18,290 nt of DNA from Thalassavirus gary (lineage: Duplodnaviria; Heunggongvirae; Uroviricota; Caudoviricetes; Demerecviridae), in IMG/VR virus record IMGVR_UViG_2974784677_000001. One strand, 5' to 3'. Of the stretch, positions 1 through 7,294 are shown piece by piece. A program made the position numbers and the translations under genes. Under the pieces are notes generated by a model. The model saw only the letters and a list, made by a program, of their open reading frames with translations. It was not told where the DNA came from and did not search any database. Every line of letters begins with the position of its first letter. The stretch's first letter is position 1.

Positions 1-186
1 AAGTCTGCTAAAGGCTTGCTGATGGTCGTAGAAGACGGCGATAGCTATCGTCTAGTAGCAGACGTTACTCCAGAGCAGGAAGCTTCGGAAGAAAACTGCC
101 TGAAAACTATCTTCAAAGACGGTGAGTTCGTTAAACGTACATCACTTGCTGAAGTCCGTGCTCGAATTGACTCTCATTTCGAGTAA
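1..186 (+). CDS. nadV: Nicotinamide phosphoribosyltransferase (NAMPT/NadV), C-terminal fragment; gene starts upstream of the window
   Basis: Frame 1 reads KSAKGLLMVVEDGDSYRLVADVTPEQEASEENCLKTIFKDGEFVKRTSLAEVRARIDSHFE*. This matches the NAMPT C-terminal pattern (K)KSAKGLL...L.T(V/I)F.DG...K...LAE(I/V)R.R. Confidence 0.85.
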   Translation, partial: KSAKGLLMVVEDGDSYRLVADVTPEQEASEENCLKTIFKDGEFVKRTSLAEVRARIDSHFE

Positions 187-198
187 ATAAATGAAAAT

Positions 199-222
199 AA
201 GGGTTGCTTCGGCAACCCTTTT
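199..222 (+). terminator. Intrinsic terminator after nadV, overlapping the -35 of the next promoter
   Basis: AAGGGTTGC-TTCG-GCAACCCTT-TT: 9-bp stem with cUUCGg tetraloop and short U tract. Confidence 0.8.
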
Positions 223-258
223 AACGTATAATAGTTACATAAAGTTGAGAAACGGAGA
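204..258 (+). promoter_or_regulatory. Early sigma70 promoter/leader/RBS cassette, type A copy 1
   Basis: TTGCTT(204-209)-17 bp-TATAAT(227-232), then AGTTACATAAAGTTGAGAAACGGAGA. Confidence 0.9.
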
Positions 259-264
259 TTGAAT

Positions 265-561
265 ATGAAAGTAACCATGAATACTATGTTTGAAAGTAAT
301 GGTAACTACTGGATTTCAGTATACCTGTGTAACAGTATGTGTAAGAACTCACTAGATACAGACAACTATGTAGAATTTAACTGTGGCAAAGGTATTCGTT
401 CAGCCGTAGACAAGACTGCAAAAATGCGTAAAGTTCTAGGTACAGGTCAAACACTAATAGATGAAGACGAACTTTGGATTCTAGTAGAACGTGGGGTGGT
501 TACTCCTGAAGAGCTAAAAGAAGCATACGCAGACGTGGAGATTATGTATGAGCGATACTAA
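265..561 (+). CDS. Hypothetical protein
   Basis: ORF track starts at TTG 259; ATG 265 lies 6 nt after GGAGA and is preferred. Confidence 0.8.
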   Translation: MKVTMNTMFESNGNYWISVYLCNSMCKNSLDTDNYVEFNCGKGIRSAVDKTAKMRKVLGTGQTLIDEDELWILVERGVVTPEELKEAYADVEIMYERY

Positions 562-931
562 AATGGAAGCATACGAAGTAAATCTACAAACAGAACCTGT
601 GGTTGTATTCTGTGACCCAGAGAAGGCACAATTCTTCTTTATCGACGACCCAGACGATAGAGCTTGGAGTAAATTCTTCTGGAGTGTCACAAGCCTAGGT
701 AAACTAGCAGAGATGCTGGCTAAAATGTTTTACCACCAAAAGGATTGTTGGGGCGACCCATTCCTAGAAGGGTTTGGTGTGGTTAAATACAATGAGGGTA
801 ACGATACTTACTTCATTGAAGGTAAAGAGTTCGGTAAAATTATTATCGAAATGGAAGACCTAGACCACCATTGGGATTACGTTAACGTGACCAAAAAACT
901 TGATAAAGAGCTTGCTCGTTTAGTTGAATAG
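548..931 (+). CDS. Hypothetical protein (acidic)
   Basis: 127-aa ORF with GGAG RBS, overlapping the upstream gene end; its last codons contain the -35 of cassette A2. Confidence 0.8.
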   Translation: MSDTKMEAYEVNLQTEPVVVFCDPEKAQFFFIDDPDDRAWSKFFWSVTSLGKLAEMLAKMFYHQKDCWGDPFLEGFGVVKYNEGNDTYFIEGKEFGKIIIEMEDLDHHWDYVNVTKKLDKELARLVE

Positions 932-966
932 GCGTATAATAGTTACATAAAGTTGAGAAACGGAGA
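912..966 (+). promoter_or_regulatory. Early sigma70 promoter/leader/RBS cassette, type A copy 2
   Basis: TTGCTC(912-917)-17 bp-TATAAT(935-940); 933-968 is identical to 225-260. Confidence 0.85.
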
Positions 967-971
967 TTGTC

Positions 972-1493
972 ATGGAAAATACAGAAAAGAAAGTTTGGGT
1001 TTACACAACTGGTCGCGGTCGTCTATGGCATACGCCTAGTCCTTCTAGTTTTAGTCTGATGGACAAGGGTGAGCCAATGACCCATGAAGATGCTCAAGAA
1101 CGTTTATGGGAAGAACGTGAGACTCGTGCCGATGGACACGAAGAATACGAAATGTGCATGGAATGTCAGGGCGACGGTTGCGAGAACTGTGACTACGAAG
1201 GTGGCTGGTACGAAGACTGGTCTGAAACAGTAGAGCGTACTACTTATTGCTACCTAGAAGAATATAACCCTGAAGTACACTACGTTGTTAAGTCTAACTT
1301 CCCTGAGCACCTACTGTGGAAGGCGAGTAACACGGTAGATATTCACGCTAGACGCGTTGAGTCTTTGAAAGGTAAAATAGAGCGTATATCTAAAGAGCTT
1401 AAAGAGGCACTAACACAGATAGGTCTAGAGAGAACACAGCTAGCGGCGGCTAAACTAAATCTGCAACAAGTTAAGGAATCACTAAATGATTAA
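972..1493 (+). CDS. Hypothetical protein with CxxCxGxG/CxxC zinc-ribbon-like motif and C-terminal coiled coil
   Basis: CMECQGDGCENCDYEGG motif; heptad-like tail (VESLKGKIERISKELKEAL...). Confidence 0.8.
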   Translation: MENTEKKVWVYTTGRGRLWHTPSPSSFSLMDKGEPMTHEDAQERLWEERETRADGHEEYEMCMECQGDGCENCDYEGGWYEDWSETVERTTYCYLEEYNPEVHYVVKSNFPEHLLWKASNTVDIHARRVESLKGKIERISKELKEALTQIGLERTQLAAAKLNLQQVKESLND

Positions 1494-1881
1494 AGATACA
1501 CTATTTATTCAAGAACTAAGTCTAGTCGCTTTTGCTAACTCACTAGGCTTCTACATGGTACAGAACGAGCGGGGTCTGCGTTTCTTCGCAGATGCTCGTG
1601 ACGTTAAAGTATCAATGACTCGTATGGTCGAGTGGCACAACGGTGTGGTTCGTGGTCGTGGCTTCTGGTGTATGTCACTGGCTAACATTTCTAACTGGAT
1701 TTCTCAAGTAGCATGTCGTCGCATAACAAAAGAAGAACTAGCAAAAGCTTATGATGAGCGTCTTGTGTACGAAATCAAGTACAAATACAGCAAGAAGAAA
1801 GCTCGTTGGATTAAACAATACGATACTGACAATATTGTCAAATACACTGAACGTGGTCGTGCTAACTACGGCATTAAGTAA
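1486..1881 (+). CDS. Hypothetical protein (basic)
   Basis: 131-aa ORF with AAGGA RBS, overlapping the upstream stop. Confidence 0.8.
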   Translation: MIKDTLFIQELSLVAFANSLGFYMVQNERGLRFFADARDVKVSMTRMVEWHNGVVRGRGFWCMSLANISNWISQVACRRITKEELAKAYDERLVYEIKYKYSKKKARWIKQYDTDNIVKYTERGRANYGIK

Positions 1882-1933
1882 ACAGAACCTCAAGCTAACA
1901 AAAATTAATTTAATATAACAGAGAGAAGATATA

Positions 1934-2920
1934 ATGGAAGCAATTAAATACCCAAGCACTGGTCAATTCCGTAACGCAGCTAAATTCCTACAACACAACA
2001 CTCCGGCAGGTTCTCTTGTCGCTGTGGTTGGTACTGTTAAGATTCATGGTACTAACGGCAGTATGGTTATGCTAGAAGATGGTACTATCCACTTTCAGTC
2101 TAAGAGTCGTGTGCTAGATACCCACAACGATAACTCTGGTTTCTGTAACTACATGCTAGAACAGCCTGTAGAAGAACTATTTGATAAGTTCATTACTCAG
2201 TACAAAAAGTATTACGGCAAGCGCCCAGCATTCCCTATCGAAATCGCAGGTGAATGGGCAGGTAAAGGCATCCAGAAAGGTGTGGCTGTCAGTGAAGTAG
2301 ATAAGTTCTTCACTATCTTCGGCTTCCGTGTGGGTTGCGAAGTAGATAATGGCGGTAAGCTAATTGGTTGGCTAACTAACCACAAGTTCAATGATGTGAG
2401 CCTACACGAAAGTCGTATCTACAACGCTTACGATTTTGGTTGCTACCAAATCACTATCAATACTGCAATGCCTCAACTAGCAACTGAGCAGCTACAAGAA
2501 CTAACCCTAGAAGTAGAGAAAGAGTGTCCAGTAGGTAAATGCTTCGGTGTTAAGGGTGTTGGTGAAGGCATCGTATGGACTCCGGTTGACGATGCACTAG
2601 TAGACAACCCTGGTAGTTGGTTCAAGGTTAAAGGTCAGAAGCATAGCGTCAGCAAAGTTACCCAACTAGCGGCTGTAGACCCTGAAAAACTACGCAGTAT
2701 CCAAGAGTTCGTGGATTACGCGGTTACTGAAAACCGTCTAGAGCAAGGTCTACAGGAAGTAGGTCTGGACATGAAACTAACTGGTAAGTTCATCGGTTGG
2801 GTTAACAAAGATATTTACAAAGAAGAACAGGATGTTCTAGAAGCTAATGGACTGACTATGAAGGAAGTTGGCAACCTACTAAGTCAAAAAGCTCGTGAGT
2901 TTTACTTCTCTAAAATGTAA
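1934..2920 (+). CDS. rnl2: RNA ligase, Rnl2 family
   Basis: Nucleotidyltransferase motifs: I KIHGTN, Ia QSKSR, III GEWAG, IV EGIVW, V FKVK. C-terminal VTENRLEQ...DIYKEE resembles the Rnl2 C domain. Confidence 0.85.
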   Translation: MEAIKYPSTGQFRNAAKFLQHNTPAGSLVAVVGTVKIHGTNGSMVMLEDGTIHFQSKSRVLDTHNDNSGFCNYMLEQPVEELFDKFITQYKKYYGKRPAFPIEIAGEWAGKGIQKGVAVSEVDKFFTIFGFRVGCEVDNGGKLIGWLTNHKFNDVSLHESRIYNAYDFGCYQITINTAMPQLATEQLQELTLEVEKECPVGKCFGVKGVGEGIVWTPVDDALVDNPGSWFKVKGQKHSVSKVTQLAAVDPEKLRSIQEFVDYAVTENRLEQGLQEVGLDMKLTGKFIGWVNKDIYKEEQDVLEANGLTMKEVGNLLSQKAREFYFSKM

Positions 2921-2931
2921 ATAAGATAAAT

Positions 2932-2956
2932 AAAGGGTTGCTTCGGCAGCCCTTTT
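2932..2956 (+). terminator. Intrinsic terminator after RNA ligase, overlapping the -35 of the next promoter
   Basis: AAAGGGTTGC-TTCG-GCAGCCCTTT-T; near copy of 199-222 with one G-U pair. Confidence 0.8.
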
Positions 2957-2986
2957 CGCGTATAATAGTTACATAAAGTTGAGAAA
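2938..2986 (+). promoter_or_regulatory. Early sigma70 promoter/leader cassette, type A copy 3
   Basis: TTGCTT(2938-2943)-17 bp-TATAAT(2961-2966); 2959-2986 is identical to 225-252. Confidence 0.9.
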
Positions 2987-2999
2987 GAGAGAAAAGCTT

Positions 3000-3281
3000 A
3001 TGTCAAACATCCAACAGTTTTTTCGTGTACAAATGATGCTAACTAATGACGCTACTCAAGACTATGATACGTTCTACAGCAACTTTGAAAAGGATTCTCA
3101 ATACTCTGCTGCTAAACGTGAGTTCTTTATCGAGTATATGGGCAACGAATGGTGGGTTGATACTTTCTCTAATCATCTATGCTGTGTAACTGAGTTCAAC
3201 TCTTTCGGAGCAGCACAGGAAGCAGAGCAAGAGGGCTATGAACTTCTATCATCATACGGTTACTGGAAAGAGGAAGAATAA
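3000..3281 (+). CDS. Hypothetical protein
   Basis: ORF track starts at 2979 inside the leader; first ATG after the purine-rich RBS is at 3000 (MSNIQQ...). Confidence 0.75.
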   Translation: MSNIQQFFRVQMMLTNDATQDYDTFYSNFEKDSQYSAAKREFFIEYMGNEWWVDTFSNHLCCVTEFNSFGAAQEAEQEGYELLSSYGYWKEEE

Positions 3282-3625
3282 TGAAAAGCTTAGTAGATGA
3301 ACTGCAACTCTTAGTAGAAACGGAAGGTCTAGGTGTCATTAACCGCAAACGCTTTCTACGTATGTGTAAGCGTCATGGTGTTAGTTACCATACTACTACA
3401 GAAATGCTTATTTGGTCAGGTATTCTTCTCCCTAAGACTGACAAGCAATGGCATCCTTGTCTAATTAACTTAAAGCCACGAGAGTGGCATACATACCACG
3501 GCTGGAAGCACAAAGGCTGGCAGGTTATGCGTGGCGAGATGTCAAGTCACATTGTTGGCAAGAATGGGTTTAAACGACCTATGTTTAGTAACTTACAAGT
3601 AAAGTGGATTCCTTATGAAGATTAA
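3281..3625 (+). CDS. Hypothetical protein (basic)
   Basis: TAATG coupling to the upstream gene; GAGG RBS. Confidence 0.8.
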   Translation: MKSLVDELQLLVETEGLGVINRKRFLRMCKRHGVSYHTTTEMLIWSGILLPKTDKQWHPCLINLKPREWHTYHGWKHKGWQVMRGEMSSHIVGKNGFKRPMFSNLQVKWIPYED

Positions 3626-3899
3626 AGAACTATGGCAAGTTAAGTGTGTTAACGGTTGGACTTACCTAGGTGATTGGAGATTCTGGGGCGACCCAGAAGG
3701 TATGATTCTAGTTAAGTTCAGACGCAGCCAGATTAAAGAGCTTCTATCATGTTTGACTAGACGCAATAGAACAGATAACTTCACTTACCTGTACGGCAGC
3801 AACCTGGTGAGAGTGTCTAGTGAAGAACATAACTCTAATATCTACTGCCACGAAGCATACATTCCATCTATTATCAAAACACTGGAGACCTTAAAATGA
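3615..3899 (+). CDS. Hypothetical protein
   Basis: 94-aa ORF overlapping the upstream gene end. Confidence 0.75.
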   Translation: MKIKELWQVKCVNGWTYLGDWRFWGDPEGMILVKFRRSQIKELLSCLTRRNRTDNFTYLYGSNLVRVSSEEHNSNIYCHEAYIPSIIKTLETLK

Positions 3900-4060
3900 A
3901 TAGAAGAGTTATTAAAAAGGATACTAGAAAAAGGACTGGCTTTATGGTTACTAACCGAAAAGGTGTAGTAATCTTACACTCGCCAAGAGGTTCTAATATA
4001 GTAATCAAGCCAGATGAGCTTGCAGGGGTACTGGATCTACTAACTGGAGAAATGAAATGA
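3896..4060 (+). CDS. Small basic hypothetical protein (54 aa; not in ORF track)
   Basis: MNRRVIKKDTRKRTGFMVTNRKGVVILHSPRGSNIVIKPDELAGVLDLLTGEMK*; GGAG RBS and ATGA overlaps at both ends. Confidence 0.75.
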   Translation: MNRRVIKKDTRKRTGFMVTNRKGVVILHSPRGSNIVIKPDELAGVLDLLTGEMK

Positions 4061-4371
4061 ATAAATTAATTATCGCACTAGCACTTATCCCAAGCCTAGC
4101 AATGGCTACTGTTAAATCAGAGCAGGACATTATGCAAATGCTGGCAACAGCTCCAATGGCACGAGTTGTATGTGGTCGCTTAGATTACTCTGACGACTGT
4201 GAGCAGTATGTTGAAGACAGGATTCGTGAAGACATGCTTGACTCAGGCTACACTAAGAAAGAAGCCAATGCATGTGCCACTTCTAGCTTAGAACCGGATG
4301 AAGAAGCTGGAAGAATCTGTACAAAAGCGTTTGGGTTGCTAGAAGAATATGAAGATTTCTTAAATAACTAA
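4057..4371 (+). CDS. Putative exported protein
   Basis: Sec-type signal peptide MNKLIIALALIPSLAMA; four Cys. Confidence 0.8.
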   Translation: MNKLIIALALIPSLAMATVKSEQDIMQMLATAPMARVVCGRLDYSDDCEQYVEDRIREDMLDSGYTKKEANACATSSLEPDEEAGRICTKAFGLLEEYEDFLNN

Positions 4372-4422
4372 TTGTCAAAACATCAAAATCTTTATATAAT
4401 ATATACATAAATTGAAACGGAG
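4372..4422 (+). promoter_or_regulatory. Early sigma70 promoter/leader/RBS cassette, type B copy 1
   Basis: TTGTCA(4372-4377)-17 bp-TATAAT(4395-4400)-ATATACATAAATTGAAACGGAGA. Confidence 0.9.
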
Positions 4423-4431
4423 ATTGTCTTT

Positions 4432-4998
4432 ATGAAATTTGATATGTACTGTGATTGGTCGCCTGCTGCTATTGGTGTTGTTGTGGTTGAGCAGGGTCGT
4501 GGTGTTTACTACAACCGCTTCGAGACTGAATGGCATAACCACAAAAACTCTTGCCAAGGTGAGCTAGAAGCAGTAAATATCTGTTTCAATATTGTAGACG
4601 AGCTAGGTCTTGAAAACGTTACTATTCACACTGACCATGAACCGCTAGTGTTAGCAATTGAACGCAATGCTGTTCCTAAGTGTCGTGGTACTAAAAGCAA
4701 AACTAGTCGTGCCAATAAGATTGAAGTATACCGCAACACAATCCAACGCTTCCTAGATCGTAAAGACGTTAAAGCTGTACATTGTAAATCTCACGCCAAT
4801 AATGTCTTTAACTGTGCTGCTGATGTTCTAGCTCGTAAACAGTCAGAGGATGCAATCATGGGTGACTGGGAGCAGCGTCTTAGGGCAAACAACAAGTTTC
4901 ACACAGCAGCAAAACGTGCAACTGTCACAAACCCAACACTTTGGGACGTGGCACAAGCTTGGTTCATTAATATGGTATATGGAGTGGTAGTATGCTAA
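4432..4998 (+). CDS. rnh: RNase H type 1-like protein
   Basis: Catalytic pattern: YCD (D), GELEAV (E), IHTD (D), KSH..NVFNCAADVLA (H/N/D). Confidence 0.75.
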   Translation: MKFDMYCDWSPAAIGVVVVEQGRGVYYNRFETEWHNHKNSCQGELEAVNICFNIVDELGLENVTIHTDHEPLVLAIERNAVPKCRGTKSKTSRANKIEVYRNTIQRFLDRKDVKAVHCKSHANNVFNCAADVLARKQSEDAIMGDWEQRLRANNKFHTAAKRATVTNPTLWDVAQAWFINMVYGVVVC

Positions 4999-5162
4999 AT
5001 TTTGAAGTATTAGTTAAGTTTGCAATGTTTATGTCTGTAGATATTTTTATTACCCTTTTATCTGGTAGCAATATCATCGGTACTTGTATGGCAGTTATAA
5101 TCTATACTGCTGCGGTCAAGGCACCTTTGGTTGGTAAAGGCGGGTTATTTTCTAAAAAATAG
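4992..5162 (+). CDS. Small membrane protein (56 aa; not in ORF track)
   Basis: MLNFEVLVKFAMFMSVDIFITLLSGSNIIGTCMAVIIYTAAVKAPLVGKGGLFSKK*; GGAG RBS; two hydrophobic stretches. Confidence 0.65.
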   Translation: MLNFEVLVKFAMFMSVDIFITLLSGSNIIGTCMAVIIYTAAVKAPLVGKGGLFSKK

Positions 5163-5164
5163 CG

Positions 5165-5222
5165 TTGCTTAACTAACTAAATTCTTATATAATATATGTA
5201 TAAATTGAAACGGAGATAGTCT
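5165..5222 (+). promoter_or_regulatory. Early sigma70 promoter/leader/RBS cassette, type B copy 2
   Basis: TTGCTT(5165-5170)-17 bp-TATAAT(5188-5193); 58 bp identical to 5654-5711. Confidence 0.9.
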
Positions 5223-5645
5223 ATGAACTTTGAAAAACGCCTAGATGCCCTAGTAGCTCAAATGAACGACCTTAAAGATGATTTTCGTACTGCTATTGCA
5301 GACACACAACGTTACTCACTTCGTGAGCGTTGGGAAATGTTTGAAAAAGCACCTTATGAACTAGTTAGTGGTTGTAGCTGCTCTAGTGTTGTTGGGGAAG
5401 ACCTAATAAAAGAACTTCTAGAAATTGAAGGTTCGCTATGTATACACAGCGACTTGTATGTTGATCGTTACCAGACTGTTAATATGCTTAGTGTTGTGGA
5501 GACTATTGTAGAGCACCACGCTGAAAAGAAAGGAGACTACGACTTCGACTTAGCGTTCGAAGAGCTAATGGTTAACCCTACATTTGGTGAGTTCTTAGAA
5601 GAAATTTTAGAGAGTGGTATTCGTGAGTTCCAATTCGATTGGTAA
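5223..5645 (+). CDS. Hypothetical protein (acidic)
   Basis: 140-aa ORF directly behind cassette B2; ends EEILESGIREFQFDW. Confidence 0.85.
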   Translation: MNFEKRLDALVAQMNDLKDDFRTAIADTQRYSLRERWEMFEKAPYELVSGCSCSSVVGEDLIKELLEIEGSLCIHSDLYVDRYQTVNMLSVVETIVEHHAEKKGDYDFDLAFEELMVNPTFGEFLEEILESGIREFQFDW

Positions 5646-5653
5646 ATCTAGAA

Positions 5654-5711
5654 TTGCTTAACTAACTAAATTCTTATATAATATATGTATAAATTGAAAC
5701 GGAGATAGTCT
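5654..5711 (+). promoter_or_regulatory. Early sigma70 promoter/leader/RBS cassette, type B copy 3
   Basis: TTGCTT(5654-5659)-17 bp-TATAAT(5677-5682); identical to 5165-5222. Confidence 0.9.
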
Positions 5712-5713
5712 TT

Positions 5714-6052
5714 ATGAGAAAATACCTTTACGTAGTTCGCATGGATGGTGACATTTGTGGTATCGAGCAACACGACCTAGTGGCGTTCGAAACAGATACA
5801 CCAGCAGAGCTTAGTCAGTTCTACCAATGTATCGAGGAGATGGCTCGTGACCACGTTTCTATGTACCTAGACGAAGATGAGTACGAAGAAGAAACTGGTA
5901 CGGAAATGGAAGTAGAGTCTGCAATCTTCCACTACACTCCTGAGCAATGGGGTGATTGGTACACATGTGCAGAAGGTCAATGGCATGACCGTGAAGGCTA
6001 CCACAACATTGCTCAAGACGAAAATGGTTACTGGTATGTCGTTGCCGAATAA
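5714..6052 (+). CDS. Highly acidic hypothetical protein
   Basis: About 28 D/E versus 5 K/R in 112 aa (manual count); directly behind cassette B3. Confidence 0.85.
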   Translation: MRKYLYVVRMDGDICGIEQHDLVAFETDTPAELSQFYQCIEEMARDHVSMYLDEDEYEEETGTEMEVESAIFHYTPEQWGDWYTCAEGQWHDREGYHNIAQDENGYWYVVAE

Positions 6053-6275
6053 GTATTACATAGAGCAAGCGCTACAGGAGGTAGCGTATAGCTTCCCTAG
6101 TGTATTTCACGTCATGTTAAGTACCGATACTGACAATAACTATACCGCTAGAGTCTGCTATGAAGGGCATAAGCCTTTCACTGTTACAAAGAAAATCTGG
6201 GAATACGACGAACTAATACTAGAAGTTGAACAGCGATTATTGGAGATAAGTAATGCTAGTACACACACTGCCTGA
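6036..6275 (+). CDS. Hypothetical protein
   Basis: ORF track frame 5952-6275; ATG 6036 (MSLPNKYY...) gives a short overlap typical of this operon. Start uncertain. Confidence 0.65.
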   Translation: MSLPNKYYIEQALQEVAYSFPSVFHVMLSTDTDNNYTARVCYEGHKPFTVTKKIWEYDELILEVEQRLLEISNASTHTA

Positions 6276-6579
6276 CGGTATCACGGTTAAAATCAACGAA
6301 AAAGGTGAGCTGTTCGCCGAAGGCTTCAACTGCGACATTAGTGAAGCCTTCGGTTGGCGTATGAATAACGCTGACCTAAAAGACAAGTTGCTAAAGTACG
6401 TCGAGGATCTAAGATACCCAGGACTATACAGTGACCATGACCCAGACGAGCCTAGCAACATTCGTTACTTGATGGTTGACAATATCGAAGTAACGGAAGT
6501 GACTCGTATTGACAAGCTGATTGATGCAGTACACAAAGATAAGTTTATCTTTTGTTTGATCGAAGAGTGCTATGCTTAG
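6253..6579 (+). CDS. Hypothetical protein
   Basis: 108-aa ORF with GGAGA RBS at 6242-6246. Confidence 0.8.
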   Translation: MLVHTLPDGITVKINEKGELFAEGFNCDISEAFGWRMNNADLKDKLLKYVEDLRYPGLYSDHDPDEPSNIRYLMVDNIEVTEVTRIDKLIDAVHKDKFIFCLIEECYA

Positions 6580-6580
6580 A

Positions 6581-6642
6581 AAATCTAGAATTGCTTAACT
6601 AATCAAAATCTCATATAATATATACATAAATTGAAACGGAGA
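6581..6642 (+). promoter_or_regulatory. Early sigma70 promoter/leader/RBS cassette, type B copy 4
   Basis: TTGCTT(6591-6596)-17 bp-TATAAT(6614-6619); 62 bp identical to 7226-7287. Confidence 0.9.
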
Positions 6643-6650
6643 TAGTCTTT

Positions 6651-7031
6651 ATGAAATTTGTAATTGGCAACCCAGTAGCACCTAAATATACTAACGCATT
6701 CGTTCTAGTAACGGAGTGGATGCATGGTGATGCAGATGCATACACCAAGGAAAGCACGGTATTTGATAGCAATACTCCTTGCACCAAAGAGCTAGAAGAG
6801 AAAATTTACATGCTGGGTATCCTTAGTGCAATGTTCAAACATGGTATGGGTGGTTGTGATACCTATGCTCAGGAAGCCAACAGTCTAGGTATTGTACTAC
6901 CAGACGAGTTCTTTGATAGCATCCCACGTAACCAATTCTCATGCGAAGGTGATGCTTACTATGAAGGTTTCAAACTTTGGTGGTATGATAACGAAGGCGT
7001 TCAACATCCAGTAACTATTGAGGATTACTAA
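6651..7031 (+). CDS. Hypothetical protein
   Basis: 126-aa ORF directly behind cassette B4. Confidence 0.85.
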   Translation: MKFVIGNPVAPKYTNAFVLVTEWMHGDADAYTKESTVFDSNTPCTKELEEKIYMLGILSAMFKHGMGGCDTYAQEANSLGIVLPDEFFDSIPRNQFSCEGDAYYEGFKLWWYDNEGVQHPVTIEDY

Positions 7032-7032
7032 G

Positions 7033-7227
7033 ATGTATAAACCACTTAAAGCATCACCTGAATTTATCCGTGATAATCAATACAACGACAAGTACATTGT
7101 GGTTAAGGAGGAGTCCATAGCTAAGTTTAACTTACACTTCCTAACCTGTGTTAAAACATATGGGGCTGAGTATATTATGCAATACCCGTCAGGCTTACGT
7201 TGTTTTATTATAGAGAAGATTCAATAA
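7033..7227 (+). CDS. Hypothetical protein
   Basis: ORF track frame 7018-7227; ATG 7033 follows GAGGA and the upstream stop. Confidence 0.7.
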   Translation: MYKPLKASPEFIRDNQYNDKYIVVKEESIAKFNLHFLTCVKTYGAEYIMQYPSGLRCFIIEKIQ

Positions 7228-7287
7228 ATCTAGAATTGCTTAACTAATCAAAATCTCATATAATATATACATAAATTGAAACGGAGA
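7226..7287 (+). promoter_or_regulatory. Early sigma70 promoter/leader/RBS cassette, type B copy 5
   Basis: TTGCTT(7236-7241)-17 bp-TATAAT(7259-7264); identical to 6581-6642. Confidence 0.9.
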
Positions 7288-7294
7288 ACAGAAG

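Noticed and set aside
204-7287. Regularly recurring 28-62-bp repeats as a CRISPR array
   Set aside because: The intervals are 0.5-2 kb and contain whole genes, the repeats are promoter/RBS units, and there are no cas genes
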